DNA of 63,668 nucleotides, filler included. It is 8 parts of 8 records of this genome, joined end to end, with 100 filler letters (N's around TTAATTAATTAA, not from the genome) between each part and the next. Parts side by side here need not be neighbours in the genome. Positions count along the whole stretch, not along the records: positions 29,171 to 36,765 come from SRR20825010_3544; positions 36,866 to 45,760 come from SRR20825010_3546; 6 more parts are not named here. One strand, 5' to 3'. Below, piece after piece: positions 30,725-41,499 of the stretch; within the stretch, counting starts at the first letter, position 1; every line of letters starts with the position of its first letter. The notes beneath the pieces were generated by a model, which saw only the letters and a list, made by a program, of their open reading frames with translations, did no database searches and was not told where the DNA came from. The position numbers and the translations under genes were made by a program.

Positions 30725-32134
30725 TTAATCCTTCAAATCCAATTCGCCTTCACTGCTTGCAATCATGGTAGCCACGGTAGCATCGCCGGTGATGTTGGCA
30801 ACCGTTCGGGTCATGTCCAGGATGCGGTCCACAGGAAAAATAATAGCTACCCATGCTGGATTTAATCCTACAGTCTGAAGGATGATGATGAGCATAACCA
30901 GACTGGCGCCTGGTACAGCAGCTGTGCCAATGGAGCCCATCGTAGCTGTGAGTACAATGACCAATTGCTGCGATAGTGAAAGATCAACAAAATGAAGCTG
31001 GGCTAAAAACACCGTGGCTATGGCAAGATAAAGGCTCGTGCCGTCCATATTCACCGTTGCGCCTATGGGCAATACAAAGCTGGAAACGTTTTTGGAAACA
31101 CCCATGCCTTCTTCCACACATTCCATGGTAACCGGAAGGGTGGCCGCACTGGAACTGGTAGAAAATGCAAGAAACTGCGCCGGGCTAAGAATCCGGAAGA
31201 ACTTCTTGTAGTTCAATTTTTTGATAAATATGGAGGCCACTACCGGATAGAAAAGGAACAGCATGATACCCAGTCCGATAAGCACGGTGATGGTGTAGGA
31301 ACCTAAACCTTTAAAGATTTCAAAAACTTCAGCAGGGCTGCTGGCCATTTTGGCTACCACACCGGCCAGCAAGGCAAAAACGAAAAACGGCGCGGCGCTC
31401 ATGATGGTGTCCACCATTCTCAGGAATACTTCATTGATGGCGGAAATGAAATTTTTGACTGGAGCTCCTTTATCTGAAGGTACCACAGCCAATGTGATTC
31501 CGAAAAAGATGGCAAAGAAAATCACCTGAAGCATGAGCCCATTGTTCGATATAGAAAGAACCAGGTTTTCGGGTACCATATCTATGATAAACTGAAGCGG
31601 GGGCGTCTCTTTTTGTTTTTGCGCCTGAACCACTTTTTCTTTTACCTTGTTTTCCTGCCCTTCCAGTTCGCCGCTTGCTCGCAGCTCATTTACAATCGGG
31701 GCATATTGTGGATCGGAAAGAAAATTCTTTCCGTCTTTAATTTCAACATCGGATGTTTCCTGAACCCACAGTTCGTAAGCGATGCGGTTTTTAACCCGTT
31801 GATCGTTATCAATATGCGTTCCGGGCTGGATGAAATTGACAATTAACAAGCCGATGGTGATGGCTGTAACTGTGGATATCAGGTATAAGGCAAGGGTTTT
31901 AGCACCCATTCTTCCCAATTTGGAAGTGTCATTCAGCCCCGAAACTCCATCGATGATGGAGAAAAGGACGAGCGGCACGGCAATGAATTTCAGTAAGCGA
32001 ATAAAAATCTGGCCAAAGGGATCAATCCAGTCAATGGTAAACTGATTCCAGCCAAGGGCGCTTGATATAAAGGCCCAAATGATTCCAAGGACAAGACCAA
32101 TGATTATTTTGACGTGCAGAGGGAGGTTTTTCAT
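30725..32134 (-). CDS. Dicarboxylate/amino acid:cation (DAACS) symporter
   Basis: AFSTSSSAATLP, LPIGATVNMDGT, DRILDMTRT. Confidence 0.95.
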   Translation of the reverse strand: MKNLPLHVKIIIGLVLGIIWAFISSALGWNQFTIDWIDPFGQIFIRLLKFIAVPLVLFSIIDGVSGLNDTSKLGRMGAKTLALYLISTVTAITIGLLIVNFIQPGTHIDNDQRVKNRIAYELWVQETSDVEIKDGKNFLSDPQYAPIVNELRASGELEGQENKVKEKVVQAQKQKETPPLQFIIDMVPENLVLSISNNGLMLQVIFFAIFFGITLAVVPSDKGAPVKNFISAINEVFLRMVDTIMSAAPFFVFALLAGVVAKMASSPAEVFEIFKGLGSYTITVLIGLGIMLFLFYPVVASIFIKKLNYKKFFRILSPAQFLAFSTSSSAATLPVTMECVEEGMGVSKNVSSFVLPIGATVNMDGTSLYLAIATVFLAQLHFVDLSLSQQLVIVLTATMGSIGTAAVPGASLVMLIIILQTVGLNPAWVAIIFPVDRILDMTRTVANITGDATVATMIASSEGELDLKD

Positions 32135-32192
32135 AAGACTGTGTTAAATCGTGAATTTAAGCATTCTCAATTAGTAATTGGAAGTTGCTTGA

Positions 32193-32224
32193 TTGCAATG
32201 CCAATTAGATTATGATTATTTTTG
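32193..32224 (+). promoter_or_regulatory. Bacteroidota promoter for MNT-HEPN pair
   Basis: TTG 32193-32195, 21-nt spacer, TATTTTTG 32217-32224. Confidence 0.5.
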
Positions 32225-32251
32225 TTTGGATCGGACATCAATTTTCAGGGT

Positions 32252-32542
32252 ATGCGGATTTCCTCAGAGCAACAAACATTTTTGGTTAAAACCATTAGGG
32301 AAGTCAAGCCTAAAGCTGAAATTTACCTGTTCGGTTCACGAGTGAACGATGAGCTGAGGGGTGGTGATATTGACGTACTTGTTTTGGATGTTGTCAAATT
32401 TACTCTGAAAGACAAACTTGCTATTAAAAGAAAATTCTTCAATCAGTTTGGTGAACAGAAACTGGATATAGTCACCTTCACAAGGGACGAAAGGTCGGTT
32501 TTTAAGGATATGGTACTGGAGCAAGCAAAAAAGCTATCATGA
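32252..32542 (+). CDS. Minimal nucleotidyltransferase (MNT antitoxin)
   Basis: YLFGSRV...GGDIDVLV and LDIV; 96 aa from ATG 32252. Confidence 0.88.
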   Translation: MRISSEQQTFLVKTIREVKPKAEIYLFGSRVNDELRGGDIDVLVLDVVKFTLKDKLAIKRKFFNQFGEQKLDIVTFTRDERSVFKDMVLEQAKKLS

Positions 32543-32994
32543 AGGATGACAGGTTGATCGAACTGCTGCGGGAATATTGGGTTGTGTTACTTCAGGCCAG
32601 AGTAACGCTGAAAATGTCTTATGATCGTTGCGAAGGTATTTCACTTTTTTCTGGGGACTTAACAATGGAGGATTCTGATGCTTTGGATGCACTAACATCA
32701 AAATTTGCCCGAACATCTGATTTATATACCCAAAAGATCCTCAATGGTCTACTTAGACTCAAAAGAATGGATGCTCCAACCTATGTTGATAAGATGAATA
32801 ATTGCGAAAAGGCGGGCATGATAATGTCTGCTGAGAGCATGATTGCCATTCGAGACTTAAGGAATGAAATTGCGCATGAATACTGGCTTGATCAGCTAAG
32901 AGACCAACAGAAATATACCATCGAACATATCCCATTACTTTTCAAAAGTATGGATGTGACTAAGCTTTTTATGGAAGCAGAGAAAATATTCTAA
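32539..32994 (+). CDS. HEPN-domain protein (putative RNase toxin)
   Basis: RNEIAHEY (RX4H-Y) motif; ATGA overlap with MNT. Confidence 0.85.
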   Translation: MKDDRLIELLREYWVVLLQARVTLKMSYDRCEGISLFSGDLTMEDSDALDALTSKFARTSDLYTQKILNGLLRLKRMDAPTYVDKMNNCEKAGMIMSAESMIAIRDLRNEIAHEYWLDQLRDQQKYTIEHIPLLFKSMDVTKLFMEAEKIF

Positions 32995-33005
32995 TGAACG
33001 AACGG

Positions 33006-34082
33006 CTAGATTTTATTAGTCCTGGCAATCAAATAATAATCTGCAATGACCAAAGCAGCCATGGCTTCTACAATCGGCACTGCCCGTGGCACTACACACG
33101 GATCGTGACGTCCCTTACCGCTTACCACCGCGTCGTTCCCATTTTTATCAACACTGGCCTGATCCTGCATGATCGTAGCGACAGGTTTGAAGGCGACATT
33201 GAAATAAATGTCTTCCCCATTGGAGATGCCACCTTGAATGCCTCCAGATAGATTGGTTTTTGTCCGTACTTTATCTCCATCCTGATAAAACGCATCGTTG
33301 TGCTGTGAGCCACGGAGTTTGATTCCTTCAAAACCACTTCCATACTCGAATCCTTTTACGGCATTGATACTCAACATGGCTTTGCCCAACTCGGCATGTA
33401 GTCGGTCAAAAACGGGTTCGCCCAAACCTACGGGCGTTCCTTTGATCACCCCGGTCACCACTCCACCAACCGTGTCCTGATCTTTCCGCACACCATCGAT
33501 GTAATCGTACATCTTCTGAGCCATTTCAGGATCGGGACATCTCACATCGTTTGTTTCAGTCAGGTTCAGGTCTAGTTCAGTGTAGGGTTTTTCCAATTTC
33601 AAATCACCTACCTGAGACACAAAGGCGTGAAAACTCACTCCAATTTTTTTCAACATCAATTTAGCAATTGCTCCGGCAGCCACGCGAGCAGCTGTTTCTC
33701 TGGCCGAGCTACGTCCGCCACCACGGTAATCCCTCACACCGTATTTGGCATCATAGGTAAAGTCGGCATGTGACGGGCGAAATTTATCTGCGATGTGTGA
33801 ATAGTCTTTGCTTTTTTGGTCCTGATTGCGAATCAATAAGGAAATCGGCGTGCCTGTGGATAGCCCTTCAAAGACTCCCGAAAGAATCTCAACCTGATCT
33901 TCTTCTTTCCGTTGGGTCGTGATTTTGGACTGGCCTGGTTTTCTTCGTGCCAGTTCACTTTGAATAAATGCCACGTCTATTTCCACACCCGCCGGGCAAC
34001 CCACAACAGTCGCTCCGATTGCGGGCCCATGCGATTCCCCAAAAGTGGTTAGGGTGAAAATCTTCCCAAAATTACTTCCCAT
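33006..34082 (-). CDS. aroC: Chorismate synthase
   Basis: [30 protein letters not shown]. Confidence 0.98.
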   Translation of the reverse strand: MGSNFGKIFTLTTFGESHGPAIGATVVGCPAGVEIDVAFIQSELARRKPGQSKITTQRKEEDQVEILSGVFEGLSTGTPISLLIRNQDQKSKDYSHIADKFRPSHADFTYDAKYGVRDYRGGGRSSARETAARVAAGAIAKLMLKKIGVSFHAFVSQVGDLKLEKPYTELDLNLTETNDVRCPDPEMAQKMYDYIDGVRKDQDTVGGVVTGVIKGTPVGLGEPVFDRLHAELGKAMLSINAVKGFEYGSGFEGIKLRGSQHNDAFYQDGDKVRTKTNLSGGIQGGISNGEDIYFNVAFKPVATIMQDQASVDKNGNDAVVSGKGRHDPCVVPRAVPIVEAMAALVIADYYLIARTNKI

Positions 34083-34086
34083 TTTA

Positions 34087-35520
34087 TTATTTGCGGATGA
34101 TGATTAGTACAGACAGTACTAACAGGATTAAAACAAAAATGTTAACAAAAATACGAATCCATACGCTTTCTTCAATTGACCGTAGGTCGTTATTTTCAAA
34201 TTCGATCCCGTCGTAAAAGGACCCCATGTCGTTCGACATGATGTATTCGTTCTTTCTGCTTTCCCCTTTTACGGTCACTATTTGTTGTGAACGTAGGGTG
34301 TCATAAGCGTCTTTCGCCGAGTTGAAATAGATCCATTGGAAATAGTCCCCCAGACGGTATTCTCCCGGTTCATTGGGTATTCCATAGTAAGTAAAACTCT
34401 TCGTTCCTTTCACGCGCCCGTTCGATCGGGTGATGTCTTGTTTCACATTTGGAGCATAAAAATCAAAGTCTTCACTTTCAGGAATGGATGGTTCCTCTAC
34501 GGCGCTCAGGTTGCCTTCGCCCAGAATATTAAAGATGTAATTAAAACTTTGACCGGTGGTCAGGTCGATCTCGCTTATGGATTCTGCCATGCGGTAATTG
34601 CCCACTGCCACACGGTCGCGGAGGGGGTGTGGCGGGAGCTGCATGACTTTTACTATTTTGGCTTTCGAGGAAAAAGTCTCAAAATCTTCCTGTCGGTTTC
34701 TGCCGAAGAAAGTCGGATTTTTTGCCACTTTGTATTTGATCATTTTCAGGTCCACCGACGGAAACCGGATGTCATCCTGATTGAGGGGATAATAGGCCGC
34801 CTGAAAGATTTTGAATTGATTATAGGCTTTTCCGTTGAGCGTTACCGGTTCGCCGTTGATGTTGTCAATGTTAAAATTTTCTTCCCAGGTATTTTCCGGC
34901 TTTAGCTTTTTTACAATATCCGTTAGCTGATTCACCAGATCATAAAACCGCATGTTGGCCTGATTACTCTCTGCCACATAAAAGGCCAGTGTGGTGGTGA
35001 ACCCTTCCCCTATATACACTTCGGATTTGTCTGTCGATAATGCTAAAAATGCATCCGCTTCCACATCAATGAACTCTTGAGGTTCGTTGCGCTGAATGGG
35101 GTTGAATGGATCGAAAGGATCACTTCTTCGCTGCTGTTGTTTCGCCGGGCCAACGGTAATTGTGGTTCCGGTTACATTTAGCGTTTGCTCATTTATTTTG
35201 ATTCGGAAGGGAGCGAGCGTGTACGTTCCTTCCTTAGTGGCCTGATAATTTTGTGTGATGCTTTGGCTGGAAGACATTTTCCCGTTCGTAAACGTGGTAG
35301 ACGAACTGGAAGATGTCCCCCGTTTCACAAACCCTTCAATTTCCGGGAAACCCGAATATTCCTGAAGTTTATTGTTTTGAATGGTGATTGTGATGGTAAA
35401 GTATTCGTTAAGCGCGATGTTGCTGCTGTTATACTTTACCCCAACCTCCTGCGCGAAGGCATTTTGAGTAAAAAGTAGCAGAAATAAACAACCTACTATC
35501 CATGGTCTCGTTAGTATCAT
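34087..35520 (-). CDS. BatD family protein
   Basis: Signal peptide; [31 protein letters not shown] motifs; C-terminal TM; start uncertain (35520 or 35535). Confidence 0.8.
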   Translation of the reverse strand: MILTRPWIVGCLFLLLFTQNAFAQEVGVKYNSSNIALNEYFTITITIQNNKLQEYSGFPEIEGFVKRGTSSSSSTTFTNGKMSSSQSITQNYQATKEGTYTLAPFRIKINEQTLNVTGTTITVGPAKQQQRRSDPFDPFNPIQRNEPQEFIDVEADAFLALSTDKSEVYIGEGFTTTLAFYVAESNQANMRFYDLVNQLTDIVKKLKPENTWEENFNIDNINGEPVTLNGKAYNQFKIFQAAYYPLNQDDIRFPSVDLKMIKYKVAKNPTFFGRNRQEDFETFSSKAKIVKVMQLPPHPLRDRVAVGNYRMAESISEIDLTTGQSFNYIFNILGEGNLSAVEEPSIPESEDFDFYAPNVKQDITRSNGRVKGTKSFTYYGIPNEPGEYRLGDYFQWIYFNSAKDAYDTLRSQQIVTVKGESRKNEYIMSNDMGSFYDGIEFENNDLRSIEESVWIRIFVNIFVLILLVLSVLIIIRK

Positions 35521-35672
35521 AGCACTATGCTGCAAACGTTTTCCCGGACTTAATTTAGACTCCCAAAAGCTGTTAATAACATAACTTTAGGGAAACTCCG
35601 GCATCAAAGAAAAACGGCAAATTTACAGCGTAGTTCCATTCTTCAGGTGGTCTTTAACAAAAATTAAAATTA

Positions 35673-35864
35673 ATGTTGGAGTATTTCAAAACCATTCTCT
35701 CAAAAGTAAGCTTCGATCGGTGGCTATTTGAAAGAGAGCTTAAAAAAGCAATCAGATCCCTTGTTCCGGATGAATTAATCCTATTAAGAAACTGGTGTTA
35801 TGAGCAGTTCGGCTCAGTGTATCCTTCTATTCTAAATAAACATTTTAGTTTGGCTCTTTCCTGA
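35673..35864 (+). CDS. Conserved small hypothetical protein (63 aa)
   Basis: MLEYFKTILSKVSFDRWLFERELKKAI pattern; AT-rich Bacteroidota-style initiation region. Confidence 0.7.
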   Translation: MLEYFKTILSKVSFDRWLFERELKKAIRSLVPDELILLRNWCYEQFGSVYPSILNKHFSLALS

Positions 35865-35897
35865 CGGGGCATGGGTGTCCAGTATTCGAAGCTGGGA

Positions 35898-36527
35898 TTA
35901 CCGTTCCTTAGAAATTCCGTGTTTAGCACTTTCTGCTAGTTTCTCTAGTCGGAGCGCTTCTTCTACTAGATCTGGATTCTCATGTTTTTTGTAAAGCAAT
36001 TGGAAAATATCACGAATGGAAATATCACTTCCGTTTTCTATCAAGATCATTTCGTCACCCGCTTTCACCTCGCCCTTTCGAATCACACGAACATACACTC
36101 CGGAGTAATCGGAGGCAATAAATTGTTTCAAAACCGTCTGTGTGCAGAACCTGATTCCTAGTTTAAAACAAGGCTGGCGAGGTTCTGAAACTTCAATAAT
36201 GGCCGTACCAATGGAGTAACGCGAGCCGATCGTGATTTTGGATTCGTTCAATCCTTCTACTGTAATGTTTTCGCCGAACATGCCCCAGCTCCAATCGAGT
36301 TTGGGGTGGAGTTTCTTCCAATAGTCGTATACATCGGCAGAGTAGAGGTAGCAGGCCTTATCAATTCCACCATGGTACTTCCGATCTACCACCGCATCTT
36401 TCATCACATCCGTTTCACCTAAAGAAATACTGATACCCACAGGAAATTTGAAAATACCTGTTTCGACTGTATTCCCCCTCCACTTGACCTTCTGTCTTTC
36501 CCCAATATTCACGGAAACGACTTTCAT
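35898..36527 (-). CDS. MOSC domain protein (YiiM-like)
   Basis: TGIFK, HGGIDKA, FGENIT, PRQPCFKL. Confidence 0.92.
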   Translation of the reverse strand: MKVVSVNIGERQKVKWRGNTVETGIFKFPVGISISLGETDVMKDAVVDRKYHGGIDKACYLYSADVYDYWKKLHPKLDWSWGMFGENITVEGLNESKITIGSRYSIGTAIIEVSEPRQPCFKLGIRFCTQTVLKQFIASDYSGVYVRVIRKGEVKAGDEMILIENGSDISIRDIFQLLYKKHENPDLVEEALRLEKLAESAKHGISKER

Positions 36528-36764
36528 TTACAGCAGGTCATTTGCCAGATTTGCGAGCTCCGATCGCTCGCCTTTTTCCAGCGTAATGTGTGCATACATT
36601 GGATGGTTTTGTATCCGGTCGATCAGATAGGAGAGGCCATTACTTTGCGAGTCGAGGTAAGGGGTATCTATCTGATGGATGTCCCCGGTGAAAACGATTT
36701 TGGTGTTTTCACCTGCACGGGTAATAATGGTCTTGATCTCATGTGGTGTCAGGTTTTGCGCTTC
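36528..36764 (-). CDS. PhoH family ATPase C-terminus, 5'-truncated (not in ORF track)
   Basis: Manual translation [33 protein letters not shown]...[14 protein letters not shown]. Confidence 0.9.
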   Translation of the reverse strand, partial: EAQNLTPHEIKTIITRAGENTKIVFTGDIHQIDTPYLDSQSNGLSYLIDRIQNHPMYAHITLEKGERSELANLANDLL

Positions 36765-36765
36765 A

Positions 36766-36865
36766 NNNNNNNNNNNNNNNNNNNNNNNNNNNNNNNNNNN
36801 NNNNNNNNNTTAATTAATTAANNNNNNNNNNNNNNNNNNNNNNNNNNNNNNNNNNNNNNNNNNNN
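36766..36865. other. Artificial contig-joining spacer
   Basis: N44-TTAATTAATTAA-N44. Confidence 0.99.
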
Positions 36866-38746
36866 AACGATTGGAACCTATCGCGCTCCAGATATTGGGG
36901 CATTCCATTGCCTATTTGGCGTACGGAAGATGGTAAGGAGGAAATTATGATAGGATCCGTGGAAGAGCTAAAGTCGCAAATGGCCAAAGCGGTTGAAGCC
37001 GGCATTCTGGATAAGGACGTGTTCGAGGATTTTGTAGTAGGCGATATGAGCGAGGAGAACTACGACAAGATCGATCTACATAAAAATATTGTGGACGGCA
37101 TCACTTTGGTTTCCCCATCGGGACAACCCATGAGGCGTGAGGCCGACCTAATCGATGTTTGGTTCGATAGCGGTTCCATGCCCTATGCACAATGGCACTA
37201 TCCATTCGAAAATAAAGATTTGATTGATGAGGGCAAGGCATTTCCTGCCAATTTCATCGCCGAAGGTGTAGACCAGACCCGCGGTTGGTTCTATACTTTG
37301 CACGCCATCGGAACCATGGTTTTTGATAGCATTGCCTATAAAAATGTGGTTTCCAATGGACTTGTTCTGGACAAGGAAGGCAAAAAAATGTCCAAACGAT
37401 TGGGCAATGCGGTAGACCCCTTCGAGGTGCTGCCCGAACATGGCCCGGATGCCACACGCTGGTATATGATTTCCAATGCCAATCCGTGGGACAACCTTAA
37501 GTTTGATATTGAAGGTGTTGTGGAGGTAAAGCGAAAATTCTTCGGAACGCTGTACAACACCTATTCATTTATGGCGCTTTATGCCAATATTGATGAATTT
37601 AATTATTCCGAAGCGGATATTCCGTTGAAGGATAGACCGGAAATTGATCAATGGATTTTGTCCGAGTTGCATACCCTGATCAAAAACGTGGATGAGGCTT
37701 ACGATGATTATGAAGCCACGCGTGCCGCTCGAATGATTTCCGATTATGTTCAGGAAAACTTGAGCAACTGGTATGTTCGATTGAGCAGGAGACGTTTTTG
37801 GAAAGGTGATTATGAAAAGGATAAAATCTCCGCTTACCAAACATTGTATACCTGTTTGATGACCGTTGCCAAATTATCTGCTCCGATCGCTCCGTTCTTT
37901 ATGGAGCAATTGTACAGGGATTTGGATGCCACCACTAAGAAAGAAGGTTTTGAGAGCGTACATTTAGCCGAATTCCCTGTTTTTGATGCCAGCATGGTGA
38001 ACAAGGATTTGGAGCGCAAAATGCAATTGGCCCAAAAGATTTCCTCTTTGGTTTTATCCATCCGTCAGAAGGAAAAGATAAAAGTACGCCAACCGCTCCA
38101 GAAAATCATGATACCTGTTCTGGACGATCAGCAAAAAAGAGACATAGAATCCGTCTCCAATTTGGTGAAATCCGAGGTGAATGTTAAGGAGATTGAAATG
38201 TTGGACGATGCTTCTGGAGTGCTCGTGAAGCAAATAAAACCCAATTTTAAGGTGTTGGGCCCGAAATTTGGTAAGGAAATGAAGGCGATTGCCACCGAAG
38301 TATCCAAATTGGGCCAAGAGGACATACAAAAAATGGAGCGTGAAGGTGAATTATTGCTACAGTTGGAAAATAAAACCGTTAATTTACAGTTAACCGATGT
38401 AGAAATAAGTTCCCAGGATATCGAAGGATGGTTGGTGGCAAGTGCAGGTCCCTTGACCGTGGCATTGGATGTAACCATAGATGAGACCTTGAAAAAGGAA
38501 GGTATTGCAAGAGAACTTGTGAACCGGATCCAGAACCTGAGAAAAGAATCCGGATTTGAGGTAACCGATAAAATTGATATAAAAATATTGAAGGACGGCC
38601 TAGTGGAAAATGCGGTTTCCAGTAATGAGGAATATATTAAAACGGAAACCTTGACCGCCGAGCTCAACTTTGAGGAAGAGCTTGAAGAGGGAACGGAAAT
38701 AGCCTTTGATGAGGTTAACACAAAATTGTTTATTCAAAAACATTAA
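36866..38746 (+). CDS. ileS: Isoleucyl-tRNA synthetase, 5'-truncated
   Basis: DWNLSRSRYWGIP, DVWFDSGSMP, EGVDQTRGWF, KMSKR. Confidence 0.97.
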   Translation, partial: NDWNLSRSRYWGIPLPIWRTEDGKEEIMIGSVEELKSQMAKAVEAGILDKDVFEDFVVGDMSEENYDKIDLHKNIVDGITLVSPSGQPMRREADLIDVWFDSGSMPYAQWHYPFENKDLIDEGKAFPANFIAEGVDQTRGWFYTLHAIGTMVFDSIAYKNVVSNGLVLDKEGKKMSKRLGNAVDPFEVLPEHGPDATRWYMISNANPWDNLKFDIEGVVEVKRKFFGTLYNTYSFMALYANIDEFNYSEADIPLKDRPEIDQWILSELHTLIKNVDEAYDDYEATRAARMISDYVQENLSNWYVRLSRRRFWKGDYEKDKISAYQTLYTCLMTVAKLSAPIAPFFMEQLYRDLDATTKKEGFESVHLAEFPVFDASMVNKDLERKMQLAQKISSLVLSIRQKEKIKVRQPLQKIMIPVLDDQQKRDIESVSNLVKSEVNVKEIEMLDDASGVLVKQIKPNFKVLGPKFGKEMKAIATEVSKLGQEDIQKMEREGELLLQLENKTVNLQLTDVEISSQDIEGWLVASAGPLTVALDVTIDETLKKEGIARELVNRIQNLRKESGFEVTDKIDIKILKDGLVENAVSSNEEYIKTETLTAELNFEEELEEGTEIAFDEVNTKLFIQKH

Positions 38747-38750
38747 GAAA

Positions 38751-39134
38751 ATGGCAGAAGATTCAAAAGTAAGATACTCCGATGCGGACCTTGCGGAATT
38801 CAGGACATTAATCGAGGAAAAAATGGAAAAAGCCAAAAATCATTTGGAGCTTTTGAAGAGCTCTTACATGAACGATGGCAATAATGGCACGGATGATACC
38901 TCGCCAACGTTCAAGGCATTCGAGGAAGGTTCCGAGACCATGAGCAAAGAGGCGAACACCCAGTTGGCCATCCGCCAAGAAAAATTTATCCGCGATCTTA
39001 AGAATGCCTTGTTGCGAATCGAGAACAAGACCTATGGCATTTGCAGAGTAACTGGAAAGCTCATCAATAAAGAGCGTTTAAAGCTTGTGCCCCATGCTAC
39101 GTTGAGCATCGAGGCGAAGAATATGCAAAAATAA
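38751..39134 (+). CDS. TraR/DksA family regulator
   Basis: ALLRIENKTYGICRVTGKLI..ERL..VPHATLSIEAK; start moved to ATG 38751. Confidence 0.9.
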   Translation: MAEDSKVRYSDADLAEFRTLIEEKMEKAKNHLELLKSSYMNDGNNGTDDTSPTFKAFEEGSETMSKEANTQLAIRQEKFIRDLKNALLRIENKTYGICRVTGKLINKERLKLVPHATLSIEAKNMQK

Positions 39135-39136
39135 AT

Positions 39137-39160
39137 AAAACGCCTACGGGCGTTTTTTCT
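39137..39160 (+). terminator. Intrinsic terminator
   Basis: AAAACGCC-TACG-GGCGTTTTTT. Confidence 0.75.
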
Positions 39161-39162
39161 TT

Positions 39163-39783
39163 ATGAGGGCGGTGGTGTTCGTGATGTTCGTTTTTACCCT
39201 TGTCAATGTCCATGGGCAAAAATTGGTGAGGAAGGCCTTTATAGGGCCCCGTACGCAAAATATCCAAATTGACGCCCGCTATTGCTATCGAATAGATATA
39301 AAGACGGGGCCGACTGATGAGGTACAGGTTTCGGCCACCATGGATGGCGAGTATGCGAAAGATTTATTGGTCTCCATAAAAGAGAGTGGGACCACAACCA
39401 TGATCAGTACAGATTTTCAGCCCAATTTTGTGAATCCGAATGACAAGCTCAGTGCACATAAGGTAATTTCCATAGCTTTGGAAATAAGTGTGCCCGAGTA
39501 CAAAAATGTGGATGTGTTTGGAACAAAAACAAATCTGTACGCCACAGGAAAATACAAGGATTTGAAGATAACCCTATCAGATGGGCGTTGCACGCTTCGG
39601 AATATTTCAGAATCCGTAACCGTGAGTACACAGAAAGGCGATATTCTGCTCTCGGCTCCAAGTGGCGATATTATTTCTGAAAGCACTTATGGAAGCGTGC
39701 AAAAAGAAACTATTCCTTTTGGGGACAATCGATTTTTTCTGAAGACTGTGGAAGGAGACATCCTAGTGACAAAAACAAAATAA
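39163..39783 (+). CDS. Secreted protein, DUF4097-like beta-strand repeats
   Basis: Signal peptide; repeated T/S-x-x-G-D-I units. Confidence 0.6.
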   Translation: MRAVVFVMFVFTLVNVHGQKLVRKAFIGPRTQNIQIDARYCYRIDIKTGPTDEVQVSATMDGEYAKDLLVSIKESGTTTMISTDFQPNFVNPNDKLSAHKVISIALEISVPEYKNVDVFGTKTNLYATGKYKDLKITLSDGRCTLRNISESVTVSTQKGDILLSAPSGDIISESTYGSVQKETIPFGDNRFFLKTVEGDILVTKTK

Positions 39784-39816
39784 TATGCATATTTTTGCAA
39801 TCCTTTTAATAACAGC

Positions 39817-40467
39817 ATGAGTTTAAAGAAGTCCCTTATTATCATCGTACTCATCCTAGTGGTGGACCAGATCAGCAAGATCTATATCAAGACCAGTTTT
39901 ATATTGGGTGAGGCCCACGAGGTGTTCAGTTGGTTCAAAATTCTGTTTATAGAAAACGAAGGGGCTGCGTGGGGAACCAAATTGAGTGACCTTTTGCCAA
40001 TATCCGAACCTGTCGGTAAACTAATATTGACCATTTTCAGGATTTTTGCTGTTTTTGGGATTGGTTATTGGTTGTGGGATATTATTCGGAAACAGTCTCC
40101 AAGAACTTTGATTTTGGCGGTCTCCCTCATATTTGCCGGGGCGGTCGGAAACATTATCGATTCGGTTTTTTACGGAATTATTTTTGACCATAGCAATGGG
40201 CAGGTGGCAACATTATTTGCCGAGCAGCCCTATGGAAGTTTGTTCCATGGCAAAGTGGTAGATATGCTGTACTTTCCATTGGTGGATACCACTTGGCCTG
40301 ATTGGGTACCGTCCGTTGGAGGCAAACGTTTCCGTTTTTTTGAACCCGTGTTCAATATTGCGGATACGGCAATCAGTACAGGAGTGGGTATATTGATTGT
40401 GTTCAATAAGAAAGCATTTCCAAAAAGTTCGGAAAATAAAGAAGAAGTTTCCAATCAGAACGTATAA
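39817..40467 (+). CDS. lspA: Lipoprotein signal peptidase II
   Basis: DQISK, ENEGAAWG, GAVGNIID, VVDM, FNIAD; TATTTTTG promoter box at 39790-39797. Confidence 0.95.
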   Translation: MSLKKSLIIIVLILVVDQISKIYIKTSFILGEAHEVFSWFKILFIENEGAAWGTKLSDLLPISEPVGKLILTIFRIFAVFGIGYWLWDIIRKQSPRTLILAVSLIFAGAVGNIIDSVFYGIIFDHSNGQVATLFAEQPYGSLFHGKVVDMLYFPLVDTTWPDWVPSVGGKRFRFFEPVFNIADTAISTGVGILIVFNKKAFPKSSENKEEVSNQNV

Positions 40468-41018
40468 ATCTTTTCTGGAGTGATGCAATAATCCAGCTTT
40501 ACGTCGTTTTTGTGCACATCGGTGATCAGTTTTGGTTCGGCACCAAAAAAAGATAGGCCGATTTTAAGGGTCCCTTTTCGGCATTTGTTCAGAAAACCAT
40601 CATAAAATCCTTTTCCGTATCCTACACGGTTTCCCATTTCATCAAAAGCCAACAAGGGAACAAATACCACGTCGATTTTATTTTCCGGTATCTCAATGCC
40701 GTCAACAGGTTCAGGAACCCCCCACGCACTTTCTTTAAAAGCAGTGTTATCCGTGAGCAAATAGTTTTCCAAGCTGTTGGAACCAACCACTTTGGGAACC
40801 ACTACATGCTTATCCTTGCCTTGCAACAACGTTATCAAGGGCAACGTATCGACCTCGTTCTTGTCTTCGATACTCAAAAAGATATGGTAATAAAAAAAAT
40901 CCCAAATAGGGATTCGAAGCGAACTATTGGCCAAGGCCAAACTTAAATCCGAGGCTTTTGTTGGAGAAATTTCCGCTCTCAGATTTTTGTATTTTTTTCT
41001 CAGTTCATGTTTCAACAT
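40455..41018 (-). CDS. 5-formyltetrahydrofolate cyclo-ligase
   Basis: WGVPEP, VPLLAFD..GNRVGYGKGFYD, HKNDVKLD. Confidence 0.94.
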   Translation of the reverse strand: MLKHELRKKYKNLRAEISPTKASDLSLALANSSLRIPIWDFFYYHIFLSIEDKNEVDTLPLITLLQGKDKHVVVPKVVGSNSLENYLLTDNTAFKESAWGVPEPVDGIEIPENKIDVVFVPLLAFDEMGNRVGYGKGFYDGFLNKCRKGTLKIGLSFFGAEPKLITDVHKNDVKLDYCITPEKIYTF

Positions 41019-41060
41019 TGACTGTTGAAGATTTTGGGGTTGTTTGGGGACAATGGACTA

Positions 41061-41150
41061 CTACTCTCCTTTTGTTGCAACGGAGAAAAAGATTTTGAAG
41101 AAAAGCATCAAAATCAAGTACATTCCCAAAACGATAATATAGTTTTCCAT
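41061..41150 (-). CDS. Candidate 29-aa single-TM peptide
   Basis: MENYIIVLGMYLILMLFFKIFFSVATKGE* in intergenic region. Confidence 0.35.
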   Translation of the reverse strand: MENYIIVLGMYLILMLFFKIFFSVATKGE

Positions 41151-41499
41151 AGGATTGTAATTATATCGTTAAATGTAAGTAAAACATTTGAGAAGAATAC
41201 CATGAAATGCACTTTTTATCGATGAAATGCATGATTTTTAGCAACAGTTTAACAAAACTTATTGATTGCCAAGTGCTTGATTGTAGGTTTTCCATAGTTT
41301 TTTTGTGGTAAATCCCCAGTTTTGATAAATATGATATTTTTTAGGAAATTTTTCATCTTTTCCAACCACTTAAAAAGTATCAATTAACAAGGGTTATATA
41401 TCAATCCAAATTGGGAATTCATCAAGTTTAACAATAATCAAGACAATTAAAATATAACTTTGTTATAAAGTCAAGAACAGGTCACTTTTAGAGCAATCT

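Noticed and set aside
38751-39134. DksA with only one Cys (no C4 zinc finger)
   Set aside because: Zinc-independent DksA variants are known and this form is usual in Bacteroidota.
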